A DNA stretch of 60,138 nt from Chiloscyllium plagiosum (Eukaryota), in NCBI RefSeq assembly GCF_004010195.1, contig NC_057719.1, positions 61,914,987 to 61,975,124 of the forward strand. The letters are read 5' to 3'. The notes below the pieces were generated by a model. That model was not told where the DNA came from and ran no database searches. It worked only from the letters and a program-made list of their open reading frames with translations. The translations under genes were made by a program, and so were the position numbers. Shown here one piece after another: positions 10,472-22,607 of this stretch. How positions within the stretch are numbered: the stretch's first letter is position 1; each line of letters opens with the position of its first letter.

Positions 10472-13190
10472 AGGAGCTGACCAGCGCCCTCAACCGGCTC
10501 TCGAGGGGCAAAACCCCGGGGCTGGACGGGCTGACTGGAGTACTTCAGGGCGTTCTGGGACGTCCTGGGGAGCGACTACGCACAGGTCCTGGGGGAGTGT
10601 CTAAATGCCGGAGAGCTGCCCCTTTCTTGGCGCAGGGCGGTCATCGTTCATCGTTCAGGGGGACCTTCGTTCTTTAAAGAACTGGGTGTCCGGTCTCCCT
10701 CCTCAGCACAGACTATAAAATCTTCGCCAGGGTGTTGTCTTCTCGCCTGGCCTCCGTGCTGGCCCACATGATTCACCCGGACCAGTCCTACACGGTCCCG
10801 GGCCGGAGGATACACGACAACGTCCACCTGGTCCGGGACCTGATCCATTTCTGTCGACGGGTTGGTCTGCCGAGCGCCTTCCTGTCTCTCGACCAGGAGA
10901 AGGCGTTCGACAGGGTCGATCACGAGTACCTGCTCGGGACTCTGCGGGCATTCGGGTTCGGGACGCAGTTCGTCGCCCGGATCCGACCTTTGTACGCCGC
11001 CGCAGAGTGTCTGGTTAAAGTTAACGGGTCCCTGACGGCACCCCTTCGCTTCGGGAGAGGAGTGCGTCAAGGCTGCCCCCTGTCCGGCCAGCTGTATTCC
11101 CTGTGCGTGGAGCCTTTCCTGCGCCTCTTGCGGAGGAGGTTGTCAGGGCTGGTTCTGCGCGGCACGGGCACGGGGGTGGTCCTCTCGGCCTACGCCGACG
11201 ACGTGCTCCTCACTTTCACTGACCCGGCTGACCTGGGGAGGATGCGCGAGTGCCAGGCCGTGTACTCGGCGGCGTCTTCCGCCAGGATCAACTGGGCCAA
11301 ATGTTCCGGACTACTGGTCGGTCTGTGGCGGGTGGACTCTCTGCCGGAGGAGTTACGGGGGTTCAGCTGGAGTACCACCCATCTACTCTACCTGGGGGTC
11401 TACCTCAGCCCGGCTGAGGAATCCTGGCTGGCCAACTGGCAGGAGCTAGAGGCCAAAGTCGCGGCTCGCCTAGGCCACTGGACAGGACTGCTCCGAGTGC
11501 TATCTTAACAGGAGTCGAGTGCTAGTCATAAACCAGTTGGTGGCCGCCATGCTGTGGTACCGGCTGGTCACTTTGGTCCCCCCTCCTGGCTTTGTCGCTG
11601 ACATCCAGAGAACGTTGGTCGACTTCTTCTGGGACAAAAAGATGCACTGGGTCGCTGCGCAGGTTGAGTCTCCCTATTGAGGAGGGCGGTCAGTCGCTGG
11701 TGTGCGTCCGCACCCAGGTCGCGACGTTCTGCCTTCAGACCTTGCAGCGATACCTTTACATCGAGCCTCTTCCTAGGTGGTGCGCCCTGGCGACGTATTT
11801 TTTTCCACCAGGAGCGGAACCTCAACTATGACACGCAGCTCCTGTTCGTCGACCGTGATGGTTTGGAGGTCGCCCTCAAGATGCTGCCTGTCTTTTACCA
11901 GGACCTGATCACTGTTTGGAACATGGACGAATCGCGGTGCGCCTACCCTCCGGCTGGAGTAGCGGCTGTCGTCAGGGAGCCGTTGCTCAGGAATCCGCAC
12001 CTAGGGAGCCGTTGCTCAGGAATCCGCACCTCCGTACTTGCGGGTTCGAGTGGCTGTCGGAGGGGAGAGCCGTGGCGGCAAGGGTGACCAGGGTCGGGGA
12101 CGTGCTGGGTGCCGGGGGCCTGGGCTGGATGCTGCTGCAGGACGTAGCGAGCAGGGCAGCGCCATCCGATGCCTAAAAACGGCGGTGCTCGGACCGACGT
12201 AGAGCCCCAGTTGGAGGACGCTCAGGTGTGCAGTGGGATCCTGTCCGCGCTCAGAATTTCACATTGGCCCCAAGGCCCCTTACTTCCTGCGGGAGCCTGT
12301 GCCCCACAACCTGAGTCGCCTCCGGAATTTTAATTTTGTTCCTTTCCAGGGGGTAAAAAGGAGGGCCCTGTATAAACTGCTGCTGCATACCGTCCACCTC
12401 TTCTCCCTTATCCACCCTCTGGACACGCCTTGGTGTGCCCATTTGCCACCCGGCGGTGGGGATCCCCAATGGAGGGCTGTCTCCGCGGGAGTCTTTCCCC
12501 CTTTCTCTTGGGGATCTGGGGTGGAGGGTGCTGCACGCGGCAACTGCTTGTTGGATGGAGTCCGTGGACCACGTGTATTTTGGGTGTGGGCGTTTGCACT
12601 CCCTTTTTGATTTTCTCAAAAACCTCCTCCTCTGCTTTTGGTTGCACTTCAGTCCCACGCTCCTGATCTTCGGGCACCCGGTACGGAGGAAGGAGGGCAG
12701 GTCTGAAGACCTCCTCGTGGGTCTGCTCCTGGGACTGGCCAAACTAGCCATCAATAGGTCGTGGCAGCGGGCCTTGGAGGGGGTCGTTAGGGCCGAATGC
12801 CTGCCCCTCTTCCGGGGTTACGTTAGGTCCCGGGTGTCCTTGGAGATGGAGCACGAGGTGGCCACCAACACCCTGGAGTTGTTCAGGGAGAGGTGTGTGC
12901 CGCAGGGAGTGGAGTGCATCATTTCCCCCTCCAACTCTATTTTGATTTAGTCCCTGCCCTCCCCTTCACTGTTTGATCACACAGCATTGCCCTTTGAAGT
13001 GAAGGGCACTGCTTGTCACTTGGCCACTCGAGTGTTTTCCTATCTTCCTGGTGGTGGAAACTGAATAAAGATTGGTGCACTTTGTGTCTCTCACTTTGTC
13101 TCACACCTGCGCGCACACACCATGGGTCCTGGGGGAAAAAATAAGCATTACCGCAGTTAAGCAGTAGTGTGGGGGTAAAAAAAAATCAGG
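10472..13190 (+). mobile_element. Tx1-clade (L1 group) non-LTR retrotransposon, frameshifted ORF2 (RT and C-terminus) plus 3' UTR
   Basis: GC-rich; PGLDG, SLDQEKAFDRVDH, GVRQGCPLS and AYADD (YADD at 11191-11202); stop at 12948-12950; several frameshifts including a 29-bp tandem duplication at 11974-12031; AATAAA about 13064 and A-rich tail. Confidence 0.92.
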
Positions 13191-13574
13191 AGTCTACAGC
13201 TTATGTCTCAGTCTGTCTCATACCTGCACACACTCTATGGGTGCAAAAAAAAAGGAGAAAAAAAACCAGAAGTTTTTTGATGTCAAGGGCACAGCTTGTC
13301 ACTGGCCACCTGGGTGTTTTCCCTTTTGAGAGTTGGATCAGTGTGTGTGTGTGTCTGTGCGTGCACGTGCAAGGACTCTCCTCCTTGAAGGGGACTGTCC
13401 CTGGACCAGCTGCCCCACACCGAGAGAGAAGAAGGAAGGAAGAAAAAAAAGAAAAAGTAAGAAAAGAGAGAAAAAAAAAACAGGTGTGTCAAACATTAAC
13501 AATGTTGCTGTGAAGGTTACTGGTATCAAGGGTCGGTTTCAAGACTTGTGATTTCACAAGTTGGGTTAAGATTC

Positions 13575-13880
13575 TAAAGAACCACTCGGGCGTTTCCTTT
13601 CTTCCTGTTGGTGGAAATTGAATAAAGATTCGTACACCTTGTGTCTCTCACTGTCACACACCTGCACACACACAACATGGGTGCTGGGGAAAAAAAAAGC
13701 ACTACTACAGTGAGGCGGTAGTGTGGGGAAAGCGGAATAAAAAGAACAGGAGTGTCTGATCTGCTGCTCACTCTGAGAGCTGGCTCTGAGGGAGTTGGAC
13801 CAGTGTCAAGGATTCACCAAGTATAAGTAAAGAGTGACTTGGTGACAGGATATCAGCCTCTGTGGATTCATTTCAGTAAC
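13575..13880 (+). mobile_element. Tx1 3' end joined to an LTR-like 3' segment (copy)
   Basis: 13575-13745 matches the Tx1 3'UTR and is followed by CAGGAGTGTC...CTCTGTGGATTCATTTCA. Confidence 0.75.
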
Positions 13881-14819
13881 AAAACACCGAATAATGAAAG
13901 AATATTCTCTTTTATGTTTATGTTTGACAGTATACGTAGACATTACTTTATAAATAGAAACATTAGCATTTCTAGGTCTCTTTAATAAATTTTTATCTCC
14001 TTCAGCATACCTAATCCAAAACAACATTAATGGTGCCATGATGTCCAAACTTCAGTGGAACCGTTTACTGTTTAATCCTGCTAATTGTAGCACTTTTCTA
14101 AGTGTATCTGTCATTTATTTTTCTTCCAGTTCTGACTCAGTCTCAATCATAAAGATATCTATGGGATGACTACAGTGAGTGCACCATAGCAGAAGTTCAG
14201 GAAAAAGGAGAATCTCCCGCTGTGAAAATGTTAAACATTTATAGGAAGCATTGTGAGCAAACTGGGAAAAGATATTTGTAGTCACTTTACCTCAACATTG
14301 TTTTCTCGTGAGATTTGCAGACAGCCAAATATGTCAACTCGGGTATTTTTGTCAGATAGGTCATACCTTCTCTTTCCTGTCACATTAATGTAAGCCAGTT
14401 GTCATTAATGATTGAATTCTGGGGATTGTAGCTTTGTCCTGCATTACTTGGTCATTGGTGCATAATTCAGAGTGGGATTAGTACAACTTCTGTCAGTAGT
14501 CAGTTCCACGCAATGAGATCCAAGTCTGGCATGTGTGATTGAAGCCCAAAACTATGTCCACCATTCCAGACCTGTATAACATTATCCCCAAATAAATCTA
14601 GGAAATTCAGGCAGCAACACAATACCTTGATTGGCATGAGATGAAAAGTGATATATCCTTTTTTTCCAATTCTTCCCTTCTTTTTCAAGAAGGTGTTGAC
14701 CCAGATTGGATCCAAGCATAATGATAGTCCTCTTAATATTTCAGTGAAATTTAAATTCTTCACAAACATTCCAAGGCAGTGAGTAGAGGTAGAAAGATTT
14801 TTCATGTGGAACCAATTGT

Positions 14820-15357
14820 ATGCCCCATCCCCACTCTCTGCTGCATCGTCCCTCTGACGCATTCTTTTCGGTGGCAGTAAAATTAGAGTTGAACTCTTCA
14901 TTGGAGCTACGTTCCCACTGGAGTAGGGAGAGGTGGGCGCGCAGGGAGTGGGGTGCATTATTTCCCCGTCCAACTCTATTTGATTTAATCCCTGCCCTCC
15001 CCTTCACTGTTTGATCACACAGCATTGCCCTTTGATGTGAAGGGCACTGCTTGTCACAGGCCACTTGGGTGTTTCCTTTCTTCCTGGTGGTGGAAACTGA
15101 ATAAAGATTCGTGCACCTTGTGTCTTTCACTGTGTCTCACACCTGCACGCCCACGACATGGGTGCTGGGGAAAGAAAAAAAAAGGAAGAGGAGTGTCTGA
15201 TCTCCTGTTCACTCTAAAAAATCATAAACAGGAGTGTCAGAGGTTCTGTTCACTCTGAGAGCTGACTCTGAGGGAGCTGGATCAGTGTCAAGGACTTTCC
15301 CTGTGTAAATAAAGGGGGGCTTGGTGATAGGATACCAGCCTCTGTGGAGTTATTTCA
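14820..15357 (+). mobile_element. 5'-truncated Tx1 3' end joined to the same LTR-like segment
   Basis: Matches about 12850-13140, then AGGAGTGTC...GGAGTTATTTCA. Confidence 0.78.
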
Positions 15358-15595
15358 TATATCTTATGATCTCTTCCCTTTTATAGGTTCATTTTAATAT
15401 TACTTGTTTACAAAGTTTATATTCTCCCTTCTTTCTGTCAACGATTTTTTGTTATTTGAAACTTACCGAATCCTTGGGTTACCATTAATCTTTGCTACAT
15501 TTAATCTATTTTCTTTCAATTTATCTTTAACTTTTCTGATTAACGATGGTTGACTTAAAAAAAGAAAAGAAAGAATGAAAATAAAAAGGAATATC

Positions 15596-16013
15596 AGCCC
15601 GCGTGTCTCTGGAGAAAGAGCATGTGGTGTCCACCAACACCCTGGACTTGTTCAGGGAGAGGTGGACGCTGCAAGGAGTGGAGTGCATTATTTCCCCCTC
15701 CAACTCTATTTTGATTTAATCCCTACCCTCCCCCTCACTGTTTGATCACACAGAACTGCCCTTTGATGTGAAGGGCACTGCTTGTCACTGGCCACTCAGG
15801 TGTTTCCTTTCTTCCTGGTGGTGGAAAATCAATAAAGATTCATGCACCTTGTGTCTTTCACTGTCTCACACCTGCACACACACATAAAAAAAATGAACAG
15901 GAGTGTTAGACATTCTGATACTGAGAGCTAGGTCTGAGGGAGCTAGACTATTGTCAAAGACTTCCCATGTGCAAACAGAGGGCAACTTGGTGATGGATAT
16001 TGATCTTATTTCA
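15596..16013 (+). mobile_element. 5'-truncated Tx1 3' end joined to the same LTR-like segment
   Basis: Matches about 12830-13120, then CAGGAGTGTT...CTTATTTCA. Confidence 0.78.
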
Positions 16014-16910
16014 GCTTTAAGTGTATTTTTTGAATAAGAAGTCTTGTTTTTGAATCTTTCCATCAAGTGTTCACCCAATAGCAAATGTAAGACATTTGGT
16101 GATAACAAAAGCAATGCAAAAATCTCATGTTTTCTGAGACCAGATTAGACATTCCAAATTTAGGTGCGTGCAATAGAGTCCTTAAATACATTTCATCTAT
16201 TTGGGATATTTTTGCGAAACTGACACTTGAGTCCAGCAGTATAGGATAGGGAATTTCCTCTTCAACCTTTTTAGGTAATTAAAACTTGTTCAGAACACCA
16301 CTTACTGGTGATCTGTTGATCCACTAAACATCTATATGATGAAATCTCTTTTCCATTAAAGAATCATTCCAGCCTTCTTGAAGGTAAGTAGTTCCTGCCA
16401 GGAGCACATTTCAAGCTTGAAACTCTCAGGGGAAGAAGAAAAAAAACGTTTTGGTCTATTCCCACTTTCAATACTTCAAATATATGCCTCTTGGTCAAGG
16501 GGAAATAGTGGATGAAATATTATTTAGATTTTGTTTTAGAGAGCATTTGATAAAGTACTAAACTACTTAAGAGGCCCTAGTGTTCAATTTCAATATTAGC
16601 ATGAATAGGGGATTAGTTAACTGATATTAGACAGCCAATTGAGATAAAGAGTCATTTTCAGAATGGTGACCTGCAACTAATGGATTGCAGGGCCATAATT
16701 ATTTGCAATGTATATTAATAACTTGGATGAGGAGAATGAATGTACAATAGTCAAGTCCAGATTACACAAAAATAGGTGAGGGGGCAAATAATGAAGATGA
16801 CACAGAGAATCTATAAAAGTATACACTGGTTAAGTGAGTTGGCAAAAATGTAGCAGATGGAACAGTGTGGGAAAATGTTAGGTTATTAATTTTGGCGAGA
16901 AGAAAATAGG

Positions 16911-17057
16911 AGGAGAAAGTGAGGACTGCAGATGCTGGAGATCAGAGCTGAAAATGTGTTGCTGGAAAAGCGCAGCAGGTCAGGCAGCATCCAAGGAGCA
17001 GGAGATTCGAGGAGAAAGTGAGGGCTGCAGATGCTGGAGATCTTCGAGGAGAAAGTG
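16911..17057 (-). repeat. Three tandem, progressively shorter copies of the family A Penelope terminus
   Basis: AGGAGAAAGTG starts at about 16911, 17010 and 17047, with roughly 99, 37 and 11 nt of terminus respectively. Confidence 0.8.
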
Positions 17058-17416
17058 GTCCTTAGAAGAATATAGGAGCTGAATATTATTTGAAAGGAGA
17101 AGACCACACTGTGGAACAGATTTGAAAGTTCTCATGCGTGAATCATAGGAATCTAGCAATCAAGTTCAGCGGGTGATAGGGAAGGCAAATAGATTGCAGA
17201 CCTTTATTTCAAAGGGAATGGAGTATAGAAGTAGGGAGGTTTTGCTAAAATTGTAAAATGCTCTCATCAGACATAGCTGGAATACTGTGAACAGTCTTAG
17301 CCCTTGAACTAAAGAAAGATATACAGACATTGGAAGCAGTCCAGAGAGGTGCACTGGGCTCATCCCAGTATGGAGGAACTGTCTTTATGGGGAGAAGTTG
17401 ACTAGATTGGATCTGT

Positions 17417-17845
17417 TGAAACTTTATTGCTGGAACAGCACAGCAGGTCAGGCAGCATCCAGGGAACAGGAGATTCGACGTTTCGGGCACAGGCCCTTCT
17501 TCAGGAATGAGAAGAACAGAAACAGAATCCCCAAGTGGAAAATGAAGTGTTGTTCTTTGAACTTGGGAGGGTTCCCAGTCGGAAGATACGATGCTCCTCC
17601 TCCGACCGTCGGGTTGTTGTGGTTTGGCGGTGGATGAGTCCAATGACCTGCATATCCTCGGTGGAGTGGGAGGGGGAGTTGAAATGCTGTGCTACAGGTT
17701 GGTTGGGTTGGTTCGTCCGGGTGGCCCAGAGGTGCTCTCTGAATCGCTCCGCAAGTAGGCGGCCTGTCTCCCCAATATAGAGGAGGCCACACCGGCTGCA
17801 GCGGATGCAGTAGATGATGTGGGTGGAGGTGCAGGTGAATCTCCT
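17417..17845 (-). mobile_element. Penelope-like element fragment (family A) with 15-bp TSD
   Basis: CTAGATTGGATCTGT at 17402-17416 and 17846-17860; GIY-YIG remnant (LYIGET...RFREH); hammerhead at 17475-17504. Confidence 0.85.
17471..17508 (-). ncRNA. Minimal type I hammerhead ribozyme motif (family A), best-preserved copy
   Basis: ATTC-CTGAAGA-A-GGGC-CTGT-GCCC-GAAAC-GTC-GAAT: conserved core, 4-bp stem II, palindromic ACGT stem III, 4-bp stem I. Confidence 0.75.
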
Positions 17846-19477
17846 CTAGATTGGATCTGTACTCATTGGAACTTAGAAGAATGAGAAGTGACCTCATTGA
17901 AACATACAAGTTTCTTAGGAAACTTGAAGAGTAAATATGGAGAAGTTGTGTTTCCTTGTGGGTGAACTTAGGACTAGTTATGACAGATGTGGGGGAATTT
18001 CTTCTCTCAGTTGCTAGTTAATCTGTGAAATTCTTTTGACCACAAAATATTCATTAGTAAGGGAATCAAAGATTACGGGGAAAATGCAGGAAAATGGAGT
18101 TGAAAATTATCAGATCAACCATGATCTCATTGAATGGTAGTTAATTCAATGGGCTGAATGGCTTACTTCTCCTCCTACATCTTATGGTCTTAGAAATAGG
18201 TACCTACTACAGTCATTTGTGGAACGTTCCATAAAGGTTAGCTGAAAGGAATAAAAGATTCACAAAGAACCTGATAACAAAAAAAAATTACTGCAATCCC
18301 AAATTTGGTACAATTTTGGTTCTTATCATTTGGAATAAATTTGCTTTTTATATTTCAAATCATATTTTTGTTGTCTCTCATGCAATAGCAGAAAATATTT
18401 CCAGAATGTGTTTCACAATGTTAATACACAGATGATATTTTTCTAAGTGAGAAAATCTCTGGCAATTACAGAAGTATCTGCTTATAGGAGGAAACTTACC
18501 AATTAGTTACAACAGGAACCAGGGATGTAGCACAAGCAGTTTCTTCATGTATAGAGAAAAAGGACATAACAAAGGGCAAAACGGGTAAAAGCACAATCCT
18601 AAAGTTGATTAAGATGACAACCAGAGAATAAAATTAAATTACATGGGGATAACAAGCAGGGAAAAAACATCAGGGAATCTTCAAAGAAAGTAAATAGAAA
18701 AGCAATGAAACAATTAAGAATGAAAGACAAATGAAATATTACATCATTCTAGAATTACAAACAAGAACAGCTAGATGAAACCCTTCTCGGGACTGAAATA
18801 TGATAACTAACAATGAGTATTAATAAAGTATCAATATTAAGCATCAACACTCACAGGAGGACCTACAAGTTACCTAAATAAATTTATCCAAGATGTTTTT
18901 AAAGGGCTCATCCACATTAGGGAGGGCAGAGGTGAAAGATTTGAGTGACAATATCTCATTTATATCAACGAGTCTACTATAGTGTAAAATTGCAAGGAGG
19001 CCAGGAAAATGAGAATAGACAACATATTTAAAGTCCCCCTTTAAGCAAAAAGGAGTTAGGAAATCCGTAATGATTTGGAAGGAGTCAAGGGAAAACTTTT
19101 AAGGGTGGATAGAGATAAGTTAACAAAGTATATTGTGCTGCCTTATAATGTCTGGAAGCACCAGACTGAGCAAAAACAATTTTGTGGCAAGTATAGTCTG
19201 TTATGCAATAATATGTTTCTTACTAATGATTGAAGAATTGAGACTGTTATGTATAGAACGTGAACTTTCCTTACCTGTATTGACATTAACACGATTCTGG
19301 TCCCAATAGTTTAAATGGCACAGCTATTGTGCGATTCTCTTATAACACGAGGTTGCACGAGAATTGAATTATGGCGTTATATCAGAACTGAAGTATCTGG
19401 ATTTTAGCAAGGTAGTAGCAGGGATAATGTTTCATTGAAGAAATAAATCTGGAGAGTAGAATCACAAGTAGAACCTT

Positions 19478-20390
19478 TATTTCAAAATTCATTCACAAGT
19501 TGTGCATGTCATTGCCCTCAAGATGATGGCAAGCTGCCTTATTAAGCCACTCCAGTCCATGTGATGCAAGCACACAAAGAGTGCTGATAGGGAGGGAGTT
19601 TGACCCACAGAGAAGGAATGGCCAATATTGCTCCAGGTTTGGATGATATGCAGCTTGACATCTGCTGTCCTCGTCCTTCTAGTTGATAGAAATCAACAGT
19701 TTGAAGGAGCCTTAGTGAATTGTTGCAGATGATATACATTACTGCCACCGGATCACTGATGAAAGTAATGAACATTTAAGGTGTTTTATTAGATGCCAAT
19801 CAAGTGGACTGCTTTGACACGAATGCTGTAAAGCTTCTTGAGGGTTGTTGAAGTTGTATTCATTGTGCAAGTGGAGAGTATTCCATCACACAGCTACCTT
19901 GTCCATGATGGACAGGTTATGAGTCATTTGAATTACTTGCCACAGAATTCCTAGTTTCTGACTAGCTGTTTAGCTCCGTACTTAGAGGCTGATCCAGCTC
20001 AGTTTCTGTTCAATCACAACCCCCCGAATGTCGATAGTGGGTAATGGTAACGTCATTGAATACAACAGGGGCAATACTTTGATTCTTTTAGGAAACTATC
20101 ATTGTCTTACACTTGTGTGGCATGAATGTCACTTTTCAATTATCAACCCAAACTTGAATATTATCCACCCAAACTTGAATATTATCCAGGTCTCATTGCA
20201 TTTAAACATGGATTGCTTCAATGTCTGAGTCATCATACATGGTGTTAAACATTGTGCAGTCATCAGCCGCACCTCTGACTTTACAGGTAAAGGTGAGGGC
20301 ATTGATAAGACAGCTGCAGATCATTTTACCTAGGACACTCCCCTGCAGAAATGTCCAAGGTTGAGATGATCGAGCATCAAGAAATGACCA
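19478..20390 (-). mobile_element. Decayed LINE 3' part (same family as 4232-4635)
   Basis: Shared 3' terminus and internal similarity by eye; stop-ridden. Confidence 0.55.
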
Positions 20391-21646
20391 AGATCTGCAG
20401 TGGGCTTCTTCTCAGTCCTGTTGCAATAAACTGAGATATTGCTACCACTTTGACCTTTCCACCTTCAAAGCAAAGCACCCACAAAAGTTCCAAAGGTTAT
20501 AAACTTAGCATAATCTTATTAGGATTTAAAATAAAAAAAAATTCTGTGCAATAAAATTCACACAAATATTGACAAGTTATTAAATTTCAGTTCCACTGAA
20601 TACATGTTCAACACAGAATTACTGGCACTATGTAATAATAAAAACCACCCACTCATTTCTGAGAATTTGTACAAATTTCGCACAGGTCATTTCTTCCAAT
20701 GTCCACATACTGAAATCGCATTTCGATTTGAAATTTAGGACAGTAGACATGACAGACTCAAAGCACAAGTTGGGGATTGAAACTTTCATTTTTTTGTTTT
20801 ATGAATTTGTACTTCAAATAGAAAAAATGGCCACAGATTCATCCAGATAGAGCTGGTGACGTTAGCTGGCTGTGACAGACTTAAGGCATGTGTCTGCACA
20901 TGCACTGATACCACCTTTCTCTGTGCACAGTGACCACAGATTTTCCACTCTTATTGAATATTATTTAAAACACTTGCTTAGACACTTGGTCTAGTATCCC
21001 TCCTGGCTACTTACACCAATACTGTTTGTAGCAGAAGTGCTAGTTGGTCCTTCGCACAGTTTTGTTCCAGGAACACTCATTTTGTGACAAGCAGCTGCTT
21101 CTCCATAGCTGAACAGTGGCATCACACTGCAATACCAATATCGTTGTGTGCGCACACACTTGTTGCTCCACCTGGTGGTGACATTCAAAACAAATGCAGC
21201 CTATGTTAAAATCAAAAAGATCTAGTTGGTGTAGGGTCTCTGTTCTAGGTGTTGCTTTGTGCTGATAGAATCAAGTCGTGCCAAGGAGTCAAAAACAATT
21301 GGATATCCATATAATGGCAGGCGTTGAGGGGGGGGGGGGGAATGCAAAAATGTTTGTAATGGGAATAAGTTTAATAAGTAAACTTAAACACTTCAATCAA
21401 TGAAAACAAAAATCATAAAAACTTCACAATGTGTGTCAATTACTCAACAGCACAAACGTTTTACTGTAACATTTTGAATACAAGAGAGTACCATTTAGAA
21501 AGTCTTGACATACAACAGGTAACTTTCCAGACTGAAGGGGAAGCTCCAGGATCAAATCACACTCCAGGATCAAATCACACTCCTGGATTTTATAGCGAAG
21601 GAAGGTGTATTCAAAACAAGTTGAGAGTAAACTTCTACATGTTTTT

Positions 21647-21990
21647 TGCATTCATTTACAGGATGTGGTGTCATTGCCTTAGCTAGCATTTATTGCCCCA
21701 TCCCCAACTGTCCAAAAGACAGTTAAGAGACAGTGACATTGCTCCAAGTCTGGAGTCATATCAGCCACACAAGGTAAGGACAGGAGTCTCCTTCCCAGAA
21801 GGACAATCATGAACTGGATGCGTTTTTTCTGACAATCAACAATGGTTTCACAATCGTCATCATCAAAACTCTTTAATCCAGATTTTTATTGAATTCAAAT
21901 TCCACCAGCTGCCATAGTAGCATGTGAACCAGGGTCCCCATTACATGGCAGACACTATATTAATAGCTTTATGATAATAGTACTATGCTA
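21647..21990 (-). mobile_element. tRNA-derived SINE, second family
   Basis: Reverse-complement similarity to 5232-5570. Confidence 0.65.
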
Positions 21991-22601
21991 TCACTTCCCT
22001 TGCAAAATATGGCACTGGCAGGCACGAAGAGTGGGACTGATTTTTCATCAAACATATGATGGAAAGAAAATGCTCATCTCCACCATCAAGCTTCATACCT
22101 TCAGACCTACATGTATATTAAAGCATGTTGCCATACCAACTCTGCCTCAAGGGGCCAATTGGGTGGACAGCAGTGTGAATCTGATCATTAATGACCAATG
22201 TTCCTTCTAAGCAGAGTAGCTCAGAGCATCAGTGCACACTGATTGGTACACTGATGAATTTACTTCTGGTTTCAGATATCACAGACGTGTGTGCACAATG
22301 GACCTCCTACGTCCACATATCAAAAAAAAATTAGATAAATCATTGTGCACTAAGATTCATCGTCAAAATATTTATGCTTGAGGGCTCTGTAAGACATTCT
22401 CAATGTCTACTTTTTGATTTCAACAGCTCCTTTCTCATTCTCACCAACCTCTCAATGAGATGATGCAATTACATCGAAATTTTGCTCTCTGTATTTGTGC
22501 GGAATAGTTTTAGGTTTCCTTCTTTAGAAATATAGGAAAACACAAGTACCAAAAGAGGTTTTACATAAATTTTGAATTTTTAAATTTAAATATACAAATG
22601 A

Positions 22602-22607
22602 TTTATT
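22602..22607 (-). promoter_or_regulatory. Candidate NUBPL polyadenylation signal AATAAA (3'UTR about 1.1 kb)
   Basis: First AATAAA I found on the - strand downstream of the stop codon, followed by a U/GU-rich tract. Confidence 0.5.

Larger units (their letters stand above)
16490..18192 (+). mobile_element. Decayed CR1-type LINE 3' part, interrupted by two Penelope insertions
   Basis: Remnants of AFDK, YINDLDE and LEYC..W..LEAVQR motifs; 3' tail TGGGCTGAATGGCTTACTTCTCCTCCTACATCTTATGGTCTT. Confidence 0.7.

Noticed and set aside
9764..10604. Long ORFs of 209-238 aa in the ORF track
   Set aside because: Artefacts of reading through the 500-N gap; the same applies to ORFs at 42155-43007.
10472..12950. 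GC/CpG-rich block resembling a CpG island or foreign (bacterial) gene
   Set aside because: It is a frameshifted Tx1-clade RT ORF2 with a 3'UTR repeated nearby.
19245..19395. Possible Tigger/pogo MITE end (CGTTATATCAGAACTG)
   Set aside because: Only one putative TIR is visible; no partner or TA duplication confirmed.
20140..21588. Short tandem duplications (21-mer x2 at 20140-20181; 18-mer x2.5 at 21544-21588) and a G run at about 21327-21340
   Set aside because: Ordinary slippage products with no further structure.
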